Positions 40,922-49,986 of a DNA stretch of 64,000 nucleotides are shown here, piece after piece. The translations under genes were made by a program, and so were the position numbers. Source of the stretch: Marinicella sp. (GTDB lineage Bacteria > Pseudomonadota > Gammaproteobacteria > Xanthomonadales > Marinicellaceae); assembly GCA_965230295.1 (NCBI GenBank), contig OZ246001.1, positions 32,001 through 96,000 of the forward strand. Direction: 5' to 3'. The notes under the pieces are model-generated. The model ran no database searches. It was not told the origin of the DNA and saw only the letters and a program-made list of their open reading frames with translations. How positions within the stretch are numbered: the stretch's first letter is position 1; the number at the start of each line of letters is the position of its first letter.

Positions 40922-42139
40922 TTATAGCTCAACTTTTTTCAAATCATCTAAATAGTCAGCCCATGCTTGCATCATTGACACCCTTTTTTCTAACCACTCG
41001 GCTTTATTGTATGTTGCCCTGATTCGGTCTTTATTGATATGAGCAAGTTGCAATTCAATAATATCTGGATCAAAACCCAGTTCATTTAACATGGTGCTGG
41101 CTGTGTGCCTGAAACCATGTGATGTCATGTAACCAGTTCCAAATGCCTTTCCAGTACTTGGGTTAATAATTCTTTTTAGAGCGTTAGTGGTAGTGTTTTC
41201 ACTGATTGGCTTACCCTTTCCATGACTGCTTACAAACACATATTCACCAATGCCAGTTAATGGATGAATGTTTTTCAAAATGTTTATGGATTGTTTTGAT
41301 AGAGGAACGGTTAGGGCTTTCCCTGTTTTCATTTCGCTTGCAGGCAACCTGATTAATTTTTCATCAAAATCTACATATTCCCATTTTAAGAACCTGATAT
41401 TTTTAGGCCTTAGAAAAACCAGTGGCATCAATTTCAATGCTTGAGTGGTTGCGAAATCTTGTCTTTTGCTTGGCTTATCAATTTGCTGTAACAGCACTCT
41501 CAGTTCATCAGGTGAAGTGATGTGAGCAAAGTTACCCTTTAGTTTTGAATCTGGTTTAGGAAGTAATTCAGCGAGGCCTTGAGCAGGGTTGTTTTCAACC
41601 ACACCCAAGATTAAAATTTCATTGTAAATACGCCTCAAAACATTCGCCATTCTTTGAGCAGTTTCTTTGGCTCCACGGTCACTCATTTTTAATGTGATTC
41701 TTAATAAATCAGCTGTGCTAAACTCATTTACCTTTTTCTTATCAAGGTAAGGAATTAAATTTTTCTGAATACGCTGTTCTAAATCTGAACGAGTTGAATC
41801 GGCAAGGTTTTGCTTTTCTAACCACTGGACAGCGTAATGGCTAAATCGCTTATTATCCAAATCTGCTTCAATCCGACTTTTTTCTTTAATGATTCTTGGA
41901 TGAACTCCTATTGCAACATGCTCTCTGGCTTCTCTGTGAGCGTCTCTGGCTTGTTTTAAGCTGATTTCTGGGTATTTGCCTATGGTATAGGTGCCTCTCT
42001 TTTTATCGAGCCTGTAATCATATTTCCAGCATTTATAACCAGATGGCTTGACCTGTAAATACAAGCCACCACCATCAAACAATTTGTATAGTTTTGTTTT
42101 GGCTCTTGCGCTTTTGACCTCAGTATGAGTAAGTGACAT
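40922..42139 (-). CDS. P4-type tyrosine integrase with N-terminal arm-binding domain
   Basis: LFDGGGLYLQV...WKYDYR...IGKYPEISLKQAR; catalytic R (FLRP), K (EMK), HGFR, LAH, Y (ATYN) all intact. Confidence 0.95.
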   Translation of the reverse strand: MSLTHTEVKSARAKTKLYKLFDGGGLYLQVKPSGYKCWKYDYRLDKKRGTYTIGKYPEISLKQARDAHREAREHVAIGVHPRIIKEKSRIEADLDNKRFSHYAVQWLEKQNLADSTRSDLEQRIQKNLIPYLDKKKVNEFSTADLLRITLKMSDRGAKETAQRMANVLRRIYNEILILGVVENNPAQGLAELLPKPDSKLKGNFAHITSPDELRVLLQQIDKPSKRQDFATTQALKLMPLVFLRPKNIRFLKWEYVDFDEKLIRLPASEMKTGKALTVPLSKQSINILKNIHPLTGIGEYVFVSSHGKGKPISENTTTNALKRIINPSTGKAFGTGYMTSHGFRHTASTMLNELGFDPDIIELQLAHINKDRIRATYNKAEWLEKRVSMMQAWADYLDDLKKVEL

Positions 42140-42171
42140 ATAACAATCCTTAAAATGTTGATTTTGGCTTT

Positions 42172-42195
42172 GGGAACCGTCAAGGGAACCGTCAA
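42172..42195 (+). repeat. Tandem 12-bp direct repeat (putative arm-type sites, right end)
   Basis: gggaaccgtcaa x2 exact, between the int start and attR. Confidence 0.7.
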
Positions 42196-42311
42196 ATATA
42201 TCAGCTATTATAATACAGAATGGACTGATAAGGACTGTATATTATTGTTTTTATTGATTTTTTTATTTATATTAGTAATAAGAAATAGAATATAGAACTA
42301 CTTGTGGCGTT

Positions 42312-42325
42312 CTCTCTCACCGCCA
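42312..42325 (+). repeat. attR core (duplicated tRNA 3' end)
   Basis: ctctctcaccgcca identical to 37121-37134. Confidence 0.9.
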
Positions 42326-42543
42326 ATTTATCAATGCCGCTGGCATTGATAAATTGGCTGTTCGAGACGGTGCCGAAGCCTCTGGGTTCGAAAAAAATGA
42401 CTGGATCATTTTTTGACACCGAAGGTGCACGTAGTGGCGCATACAGGATGTATGCGATCAATCCCCCTCCCTTACATTTGCTCACACGCCATAATTAAAC
42501 CATTTGCCGCTGGCATTGATAAATTGGCTGTTCGAGACGGTGC
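42322..42543 (+). ncRNA. RtT-like tRNA-linked repeat (one full 170-bp unit plus a partial second unit)
   Basis: 39-bp direct repeat 42335-42373 / 42505-42543; 17-bp hairpin 42322-42358; GGTTCGA-[hairpins]-AATCCC core ending in degenerate ctcacacgcca. Confidence 0.6.
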
Positions 42544-42580
42544 TGAACCTGAAGCCGAGTTGGTTTGAATCATCTAACTT

Positions 42581-42615
42581 ATACAAAAAACCCGCCTGAA
42601 GCGGGTTTTTTGTAT
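42581..42615. terminator. Bidirectional Rho-independent terminator
   Basis: atacaaaaaacccgc-ctgaa-gcgggttttttgtat. Confidence 0.9.
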
Positions 42616-42636
42616 CTATGTCACTATAAGTTTTAC

Positions 42637-42810
42637 CTATATACCCTTAACCAGATTCCCCAATGCCAACAACACAAAACCGGCAAATAATGTCCAGTAC
42701 TCATAACCTGATACCACTGGTATTGAGGTCACTTTGGCTGAAACCACAGATAAGATAGCTAAAATAACAGCAATTAAAAAAACCACTTTTTTTGGTGCAC
42801 TTAAATTCAT
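42637..42810 (-). CDS. Small two-TM membrane protein, 57 aa (absent from the ORF track)
   Basis: MNLSAPKKVVFLIAVILAILSVVSAKVTSIPVVSGYEYWTLFAGFVLLALGNLVKGI; AGAGG RBS; terminator just downstream. Confidence 0.75.
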   Translation of the reverse strand: MNLSAPKKVVFLIAVILAILSVVSAKVTSIPVVSGYEYWTLFAGFVLLALGNLVKGI

Positions 42811-42928
42811 ACTTTTTCCTCTTTTTAATATTATTTTGTTGGCTCACCAATCCTCAACATTCAACATAAGAACAGATGAGCCACATCATCTTGTCAGATG
42901 GGTTTTTAATTTTCAAGTTAATATTATG

Positions 42929-44140
42929 TTAATGCTTGTGGAAAAGTTCTGTATATTCAGTCATTTGCATCAATTCATCATGGCTAAGTGACATGTATTT
43001 TGTTCTTAAAAAATGCACTGATTTAAGTAATTTGAAGGCATCTAACCATTCATCAACAAATTGCAGCCATCGCACCTCGGATTTGATTTGAACCATCGAT
43101 TGAGTCAAAACATCATCCAGTTGCCAATAATCATTCAATCCTTGGTCATCGGTCGGCTTTTGTCTGGTTTGAAAATACCGAGTTAAACTTCTGCGCCAAT
43201 CCTTAATGACATGAAAGATTTTGGGGTGGTAATATAAAACCGCTTCATCTGCTTGATTTTGCAGTCTTATTTGTGTGATTGCGGGCCCTGTTCCAAAAGG
43301 AACACGTTCAGAAAACCTGATCTTGATTTCAACCACAGGTTCACGAGGTTGTTCGATAACACCAACTTTAGCCAACTTATTGAGCAGGTAAAAATCTTCA
43401 CCGCCACTTCTTTTCGGAAATCCCCGTACCTTTGCATAACTGGCTGCGTGAATAACCAATGTGCTGCCCAGGGGAATGTAATTATAGGGACTGCCTATGA
43501 AAGTCATGGCATGTTGGTAATACCTTAATTTAAAGTCATATTGCTGCTGCTCAGCTTCACCAGGCTGGTTTTCACCTGTGTGATCAAATGGTAAACTGAT
43601 GGCTGATGTGTTCTCAGGTACTTGGCAAATCACAGCAAAATACCCCATTGGCAAGACCACGTCGGCATCTGTGCTAAAGATCCATGGTTGTTTAATGACT
43701 TGGCTGTCAATCATTCTCAAAGCAGTATCAGCTGCAATTCGCCTGGCCAGACCAACGCCCTGTTGCTCTGGAAATGGAGCGTCATTAAAGTCAAGTAACA
43801 GCAAATCCACACCCAAACATCCCAATAACAAAGTATGCTTATCGGTTATTTGCAAACGTGTTTTTGCCTGTCCTGTCAAATGTTGGTTTAGTTTTGAGTT
43901 TTCTGCTTGCCACTGATCGGTTTTTGCATGCCCTAATGGTAGGTTGACCAATAAAATCACCAAGACTGATGATTCATATTGATGCTTCATGACCGTTTGT
44001 AAAAAATTGAGAGGCTCCCCGCATACAGGAATCAATAAAACATGGTCCCAACAGCAGTCACTTGGCCACAAACCCAGATCAATGGCATGGCTGTAGTTAT
44101 TGAGGTATTGTTGTATGGACTTGCTTTCAGCCGTCTTCAA
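42929..44140 (-). CDS. GT-A fold (GT2-like) glycosyltransferase of unknown substrate
   Basis: GVGLARR, STDAD (DxD), GEDFYLL, RVPFGTG. Confidence 0.65.
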   Translation of the reverse strand: MKTAESKSIQQYLNNYSHAIDLGLWPSDCCWDHVLLIPVCGEPLNFLQTVMKHQYESSVLVILLVNLPLGHAKTDQWQAENSKLNQHLTGQAKTRLQITDKHTLLLGCLGVDLLLLDFNDAPFPEQQGVGLARRIAADTALRMIDSQVIKQPWIFSTDADVVLPMGYFAVICQVPENTSAISLPFDHTGENQPGEAEQQQYDFKLRYYQHAMTFIGSPYNYIPLGSTLVIHAASYAKVRGFPKRSGGEDFYLLNKLAKVGVIEQPREPVVEIKIRFSERVPFGTGPAITQIRLQNQADEAVLYYHPKIFHVIKDWRRSLTRYFQTRQKPTDDQGLNDYWQLDDVLTQSMVQIKSEVRWLQFVDEWLDAFKLLKSVHFLRTKYMSLSHDELMQMTEYTELFHKH

Positions 44141-44721
44141 TGCACAGCCGCACGAAATGGTAGGTTGGAGACTATTTCAGCTTCTGCATCTAGCAATTCA
44201 TCCAATCTGGCTTTGACTTCCTGGCTGTCGTAATATTGATGTGCTAATTTCACAAACAATGTGTAATGACGGTACTCGGCTTTGGCCAAACGCACATAGA
44301 AATCCTTCATCTTTGGATCTTCTAAAGACTCACCCATCATCATGAAACGTTCATGACCCCGCTTTTCAACAATGCTAAAAATTAGCAAACGATCTAACAA
44401 GTAAACCCGGCCATCTTTCCTGATTAAACCAAGGAGTTTACGAATATAGGGATCTTTTTCATCATTATCCTGCTGTAAACCACGATCTAGCATGATTTTC
44501 ATGACTTCACGAAAATGTGCCATTTCTTCCATGGCCAAATCAATCATGCCCCTGATCAAATCTGGTTTATCAGGGTAATGCTGGACCATAGACATGGCCA
44601 AAGCCGCGGCTTTGCGTTCACAGGCAGCGTGGTCTTTTAAAAAAGCATCAAAGTCGGATTTTGCCACATCGACCCATTCAGGAGCGGTTTGCACCCGAAG
44701 TTCATATTCCATGTCAGACAT
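44137..44721 (-). CDS. miaE: tRNA-(ms2io6A) hydroxylase MiaE-like di-iron protein
   Basis: DHAACERKA, EEMAHF, DPY, VEKRGHERF, AEYRH. Confidence 0.85.
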   Translation of the reverse strand: MSDMEYELRVQTAPEWVDVAKSDFDAFLKDHAACERKAAALAMSMVQHYPDKPDLIRGMIDLAMEEMAHFREVMKIMLDRGLQQDNDEKDPYIRKLLGLIRKDGRVYLLDRLLIFSIVEKRGHERFMMMGESLEDPKMKDFYVRLAKAEYRHYTLFVKLAHQYYDSQEVKARLDELLDAEAEIVSNLPFRAAVH

Positions 44722-45363
44722 TCAGATCAGTCCTAATTCCAAAGCTTTTAACACTGCACGAGTTCGGTCTCGAACACCCAATTTAGAAAGTATATTGGAT
44801 ACATGGTTTTTTACAGTACCTTCAGCCACAAAAATTGAGTTGGCTATTTCCTTGTTGCTGTATCCTCCGGCCATCAAACGCAGGATTTCAGTTTCCCTGT
44901 TGGTTAAGGGATCGGGCCTTTCAAAACTAATGAAATCATTCTTTAAGCCTTCAACACTGTCTAAAATTCTTTCTGTGATTTGTGGTCGCACGATGGTTTT
45001 ACCATCTGCCACTTGTTTAATCCCTTCAACCAGTTCCTCAAGTGGAACATCTTTCAATAAATAACCTTTGGCACCAGCTTTTACACCGGCCAAGATCAAT
45101 TCTTCGTCATCAAAAGTGGTTAAGATTATGGTTGGGGGCAATTGATTAACTTGAGACAATTCATGCAAAACATCCAATCCCGACATGCCTGGCATGCGCA
45201 TATCCAACAACACCACATCAGGCTTCAGCTCAGGAACCATTTCAAGGGCTTCCTGGCCCGAACGGGCTTCACCAATCACTTCAATGTCATCAGCAATTTC
45301 TAACAATGCCTGAACACCTTGTCTCACCAAATTTTGATCATCTACAAGTAATACTTTAATCAT
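44722..45363 (-). CDS. NarL/LuxR family response regulator
   Basis: VDDQ, DMRMP, LTTFD, GYLLK, C-terminal HTH EGTVKNHVSNILSKL. Confidence 0.95.
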   Translation of the reverse strand: MIKVLLVDDQNLVRQGVQALLEIADDIEVIGEARSGQEALEMVPELKPDVVLLDMRMPGMSGLDVLHELSQVNQLPPTIILTTFDDEELILAGVKAGAKGYLLKDVPLEELVEGIKQVADGKTIVRPQITERILDSVEGLKNDFISFERPDPLTNRETEILRLMAGGYSNKEIANSIFVAEGTVKNHVSNILSKLGVRDRTRAVLKALELGLI

Positions 45364-45387
45364 GAGTTTCTCTGTTGTTACATTCCA

Positions 45388-46512
45388 TTAGGCTGGAAAA
45401 GTCAACGTGCATTTTAACCCTTTTTCTGAATCATAAACACACTGACCATTAAGTAATTTAACACGTTCAGCCATTCCTGTCATGCCATTACCCATTTCCG
45501 ATTGCCCCAATCCAATGCCATTGTCCTGTACCACCAAAATCACGCTACTGGGTGTCCGTTCTAACTGCACTTTCAAATGGCTGGCTTGCGCATGTTTCAT
45601 GGTGTTGGTGATCAATTCCTGTGCACAGCGTAAAATGGTTTGGGCCAGCTTCGGGTCTTCCACCAAAAAGTTATCTGGAATTTCCTGGGTCACGTTTAAT
45701 CTTGGTAAACCAGACAACAATTCTTTGATGGCCAAGCCTAAATCCAACGTGCCTGATTGTCGAAATTTCCCCACCACTTCTCGAACATCGGCCAATAATA
45801 ACCGGGCAATTGAATGGGCTTTTTTAACGTAGGATTGTGGTTTACCATCTGTCATGTGAGATGCGGCTTCCAGATTCAACGTCAAGGCCGTTAAATGATG
45901 ACCAATCAAGTCATGCAATTCCCTTGAAATACGCAGTCGTTCATTGATTCTCGAACTGTCTGCCAACAGCACTTGCGTCGCTTTCAATTCTGTATTTAAC
46001 ATCCTCAACTCTTCCTTGGCATTTTGCTGTCGGAACGCCACCAAAGAAATGATGAATGAAAAAACCGAAACACCCAAGTAAATCAGAAACAAAACGTAGT
46101 ATTGGGTGCGGTTGTCCAGGTCACTGCCAATATAACTGAACTGCATCCCAATCAGAAGGTTACATACAGTCAGTAAGATCAGACTTTCTTTCAGTGGGAA
46201 CAACCAAGCCAATAACACTGAAATGATGAGGGCATACCAAATTCCGGTGGCACTGTCAGTGATGTGATTAATGATCAGCACCAACCCGATCAGGATGAGG
46301 ATCGACACCCAGGCCTTGAGCTTAAAACTCATTTGGCCTATGTTATTGGTTACAAACCAAAATACCAGGCCAAACAACACATGAGAGGCCAGATAAACGT
46401 TGAATGTCTGATTGAAACTTTCGTACTGAAAGAATAATTGAATCGATAAGCTGAGCCAAATAATCAGCCCAGCCAATCGGATCAATCTGATGTGTGAGTA
46501 ACGATAAACCAT
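45388..46512 (-). CDS. DesK-like membrane sensor histidine kinase (HisKA_3)
   Basis: About 5 TM helices, ERLRISRELHDLIGH, QELITNTMKH, DNGIG. Confidence 0.92.
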   Translation of the reverse strand: MVYRYSHIRLIRLAGLIIWLSLSIQLFFQYESFNQTFNVYLASHVLFGLVFWFVTNNIGQMSFKLKAWVSILILIGLVLIINHITDSATGIWYALIISVLLAWLFPLKESLILLTVCNLLIGMQFSYIGSDLDNRTQYYVLFLIYLGVSVFSFIISLVAFRQQNAKEELRMLNTELKATQVLLADSSRINERLRISRELHDLIGHHLTALTLNLEAASHMTDGKPQSYVKKAHSIARLLLADVREVVGKFRQSGTLDLGLAIKELLSGLPRLNVTQEIPDNFLVEDPKLAQTILRCAQELITNTMKHAQASHLKVQLERTPSSVILVVQDNGIGLGQSEMGNGMTGMAERVKLLNGQCVYDSEKGLKCTLTFPA

Positions 46513-46538
46513 GATTTATTGTCTCACATTTTTTTCCT

Positions 46539-47762
46539 TTATTTGATGATGAATTTATTGTCGCCTTTGCGAACCACTTCTCTACTGATGGTGGTTTCTC
46601 CAACCAACCAAAAATAAGTACTTTGAGAACTGGTGAGGGGTCTTTCAACCAGTACAGTCTGATTTTTCACATACAAAACATCGTCTTCTTTGAGCTGATT
46701 GACAGAAATACTCAATCCCACTCTTTTGTTTCTGACATGTGTACGTCGCAAATCATCTTGGTCATCGGCAGCTGTATCAACGGCAATGAAATCCAGGTTC
46801 GTGGGCTTGACCTCTTCAACCACTTCCACTTTCTTCTTTTCATCAGGCGTGTCTCCTGCTACAGCTTCAGGGTCTTTTTGGTATTTGCCACTGCCTTTTT
46901 CAACTAATTTATGTATGGCTGGGTCATAAGGCTCTTTCATCCAGTAAAAAAGAACCACACCCTGGTTGATGAATCTCTTGACCAACACCACTGATCCTTT
47001 GATGAACAGTTCATCTTTTCTTTTGATGCTGCTATAGCTCAACGTTTTTTCAACCCGTTTGGTACGTGCATGTCGTTTACGTAAATCTTCTTTATTTCTT
47101 TCTAAGACTTCTTCTGAACCAATAACCGCTTGCTCCTGAGCAGGAACAGCTGCTTGGGGTGTTGGTGCGGGCTCTGCAGCCACAGCGGGCTCAGTCACAG
47201 GCGGAGGCGTCTCCTTTACTGGTGTCGCAGGTTCTGTAGGCGTTTTTTCTGCTACAGCTTCTTTGCTTGTGGCGTTGGCGGTGGGAACCGTAATTTCCAT
47301 GGTGCCTATTCCTTCAAGCAATTCTTTACCGTTACTGTTGAAATCTGTGTCGCCAAAATCCGGGGCTTCAACTTCGGTATCTATCTCGGGTTTTTCAATG
47401 ATGACCTGTTTTTGGACGGTCGCATTGCCGTTTGAGGAAGATGATATTTTAGCCACTTTTGCACCTTTCACTGCAGAAATTGCTATGCTTTTGTAAAGGG
47501 AGTCGGTAAAGCTCATTTGTACATCACGCTCACCGGTATTGGTCAAAGCATTTCTGATGGTGTTGTGCCAATCGGCGGGTGCTGTGATCTTCAATAACCA
47601 GTTTTGCTTATAAGCTTGTGCGCCTATATCAGCCATTTTATTGCTGAAATCAGTTTGTAAATACTGGTTTTCTGTCATGCCCCATGAGGGCAATTGTGCC
47701 CAGCCATTAAAACTGAAGATAAGCAAGGCTGCGATCATTATTTTACGTGTGGATGGTTTCAT
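46539..47762 (-). CDS. Secreted protein of unknown function with Pro/Ala/Thr linker and duplicated C-terminal domain
   Basis: Signal peptide (GWA-Q); two ~70-aa repeats DLR+xHxRxKRV...D.L...VLVxR...YW/YFW; start overlaps the fumC stop. Confidence 0.8.
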   Translation of the reverse strand: MKPSTRKIMIAALLIFSFNGWAQLPSWGMTENQYLQTDFSNKMADIGAQAYKQNWLLKITAPADWHNTIRNALTNTGERDVQMSFTDSLYKSIAISAVKGAKVAKISSSSNGNATVQKQVIIEKPEIDTEVEAPDFGDTDFNSNGKELLEGIGTMEITVPTANATSKEAVAEKTPTEPATPVKETPPPVTEPAVAAEPAPTPQAAVPAQEQAVIGSEEVLERNKEDLRKRHARTKRVEKTLSYSSIKRKDELFIKGSVVLVKRFINQGVVLFYWMKEPYDPAIHKLVEKGSGKYQKDPEAVAGDTPDEKKKVEVVEEVKPTNLDFIAVDTAADDQDDLRRTHVRNKRVGLSISVNQLKEDDVLYVKNQTVLVERPLTSSQSTYFWLVGETTISREVVRKGDNKFIIK

Positions 47763-49144
47763 TATTTTTCCTCAATACCGCCGGTAGTCAATTTAATCGG
47801 GTCTAATATGGCTTTTATTTCAGCCTCAGACAAGTCTGTGTTTTCTAATGTAACGTCTAAAACAGAACGTTTCTCTTTATAAGCTTGCTTGGCTATTTTA
47901 GCACCAAGATCATAGCCAATCACTGCATTCAATGCGGTGACTAATATGGGATTTTTACCCACATTTTCACTGACAGCATCGTGGTTAACTTTGAAACCTT
48001 TGATGGCGCTGTTGGCCAGCTCTACACTGGCAGTACTCAAAATATGAATGCTCTGTAAAATATTATAAGCAATCACCGGTAACATTACGTTAAGCTGAAA
48101 ATTGCCTGATTGTCCAGCAACAGTTACTGTGGCATCGTTACCAATGACCTGGGCACAAACCATAGCCATCGCTTCGGGAATGACCGGGTTAACCTTACCA
48201 GGCATGATGCTGCTTCCTGGCTGTAAAGACGGCAATTCTATTTCGCCAATACCAGCCAATGGTCCTGAGTTCATCCACCGCAAATCATTGGCCACTTTCA
48301 TCAATGTTGTGGCAATCACTTTCAATTGACCTGAAAGTTCCACAATATTATCTTGGGCACTGATGCCATCAAACTTATTGACCATAGAACTGAATTCAAC
48401 GCCTGTTTCAGAGGTCAGTTTTTCGGCAAACAATTCACCAAAGCGGGCATCGGCATTGACGCCTGTTCCCACAGCAGTACCCCCTTGAGGTAACTGAGAA
48501 ACCCGTTTCAAAGTGTCACTCAAACGCGCCATGTTGGTTTCGATGGTGCTGGCCCAGGTATTCAATTCTTGACCGAAAGTCACTGGCATGGCATCCATTA
48601 AATGGGTTCTGCCTGTCTTAACCACATCATCCAATTCATTGGCTTTGTTGCGGCATACAGCAACAAACTCAGACAATGCTGGCAACAAAGTTTCACTCAC
48701 ATTCAATGTGCAGCTGACCGCAATGGCTGTAGGGATCACGTCATTAGAGCTCTGCCCCATATTGACATGATCATTGGGGTGAATGAACAATTCATCGGTA
48801 CTGGCTAAATGAGAAATCACTTCATTACAGTTCATATTGGAACTGGTGCCTGAGCCGGTTTGGAATACATCAATGGGAAAATGTTGGTCTACAGATCCAG
48901 ACTGTACTTGGACAGCTGCTTGCTTGACTGCATCACAAATCGTTTGATCCATGTGGCCCAATGATTGATTGGCCTCTGCTGCCGCTGCTTTGATCAAACC
49001 CAAAGCTTTGATGAATTCTCGTGGCATACTTAAACCACTGATGGGGAAATTGTTGATGGCTCTTTGTGTTTGTGCGCCATACAAAGCATCTACGGGCACT
49101 TTCAATTCGCCCATACTGTCTTTTTCAATGCGATATTCAGTCAT
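47762..49144 (-). CDS. fumC: Class II fumarate hydratase
   Basis: QTGSGTSSNMN, GRTHLMDA, GSSIMPGKVNP. Confidence 0.96.
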   Translation of the reverse strand: MTEYRIEKDSMGELKVPVDALYGAQTQRAINNFPISGLSMPREFIKALGLIKAAAAEANQSLGHMDQTICDAVKQAAVQVQSGSVDQHFPIDVFQTGSGTSSNMNCNEVISHLASTDELFIHPNDHVNMGQSSNDVIPTAIAVSCTLNVSETLLPALSEFVAVCRNKANELDDVVKTGRTHLMDAMPVTFGQELNTWASTIETNMARLSDTLKRVSQLPQGGTAVGTGVNADARFGELFAEKLTSETGVEFSSMVNKFDGISAQDNIVELSGQLKVIATTLMKVANDLRWMNSGPLAGIGEIELPSLQPGSSIMPGKVNPVIPEAMAMVCAQVIGNDATVTVAGQSGNFQLNVMLPVIAYNILQSIHILSTASVELANSAIKGFKVNHDAVSENVGKNPILVTALNAVIGYDLGAKIAKQAYKEKRSVLDVTLENTDLSEAEIKAILDPIKLTTGGIEEK

Positions 49145-49324
49145 GTTTCAGCTGGATTAAAAATGAGCCGAAATTATAAACCAATTGGCCTCATATTGAA
49201 GAGCTAATTCAATTAAATCAATGGTTTCTACACGATTAAGTCAACATTTTATACAATCGTTTACAGTTGTTAAAAATGTGGCATGTAGATTTCATCATAA
49301 CAACAATTTTTGTCATCTTCAGTA

Positions 49325-49876
49325 TTAAAAACCAGAACCAGGTTGGGTTAAAAATTCCACCTCTTCCGGAGAGGATTCACGGTTTAGCACATGATTCCTG
49401 TGTGGGTATCGCCCAAAACGATCGATGATTTTTTTATGCTTATACTCAAATGCTAAATTGTTTTCCAATCCAGGACGAGAAAACATGGTCACAGCTTGTT
49501 CGTGTATCAGGGCGGATTCACTGTGCATCAGTGGCATGTATAAAAATGAGAGTTTACTTGGTTGATCAAAAAATGCTTGATCAGCACCTACATCAATGGC
49601 TGCTTGGGTCAAGGCTACAGCAACAAAATCATGGGCAAAGGCGGCAGCCTCGTTTCGAAACATGTTCCTTGAAAATTGATCCAAAACTATGATCTCAGCC
49701 AAACGTCCCTCGGGCTCTTGTCGCCAAGAATACAACTCGCCACAAATGGCTTGTTGGTATAAATTCAGAAAACGGGATTTGATCAAGGCATCAAATTTTG
49801 CATCTTTGGACCACCATTGTTTGGGCTCTATTTCCTCGAACCAAAAGTGCAGCACATTTGCAGCATCCATATTCAT
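49325..49876 (-). CDS. DUF924 family protein
   Basis: VLHFWF, LDQFSRNMFR, YMPLMHSE, RFGRYPHRN. Confidence 0.92.
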   Translation of the reverse strand: MNMDAANVLHFWFEEIEPKQWWSKDAKFDALIKSRFLNLYQQAICGELYSWRQEPEGRLAEIIVLDQFSRNMFRNEAAAFAHDFVAVALTQAAIDVGADQAFFDQPSKLSFLYMPLMHSESALIHEQAVTMFSRPGLENNLAFEYKHKKIIDRFGRYPHRNHVLNRESSPEEVEFLTQPGSGF

Positions 49877-49986
49877 TACCTTCAGTCTTAAAAATACTTA
49901 TGATAACAAAAATTGGAGCACCCTTGTGCCTACACTGGAATCGGCCCAAGCAATGATCAGTGCCACCAACCTCTTGGTGGTTCTGA

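Larger units (their letters stand above)
37121..42325. mobile_element. ~5.2 kb integrative element (int-alpA-ATPase, satellite-like) in tRNA-Ser 3' end
   Basis: 14-bp direct repeat ctctctcaccgcca at both ends; P4-type integrase, AlpA, wHTH, RecA-like ATPase; visibly AT-richer than flanks. Confidence 0.92.

Noticed and set aside
42267-42498. Short ORFs spanning attR
   Set aside because: They overlap attR and the structured repeat; no coding support
42335-42543. 39-bp direct repeats as a CRISPR mini-array
   Set aside because: Only two copies, a 131-bp structured spacer and no cas genes; fits a tRNA-linked repeat
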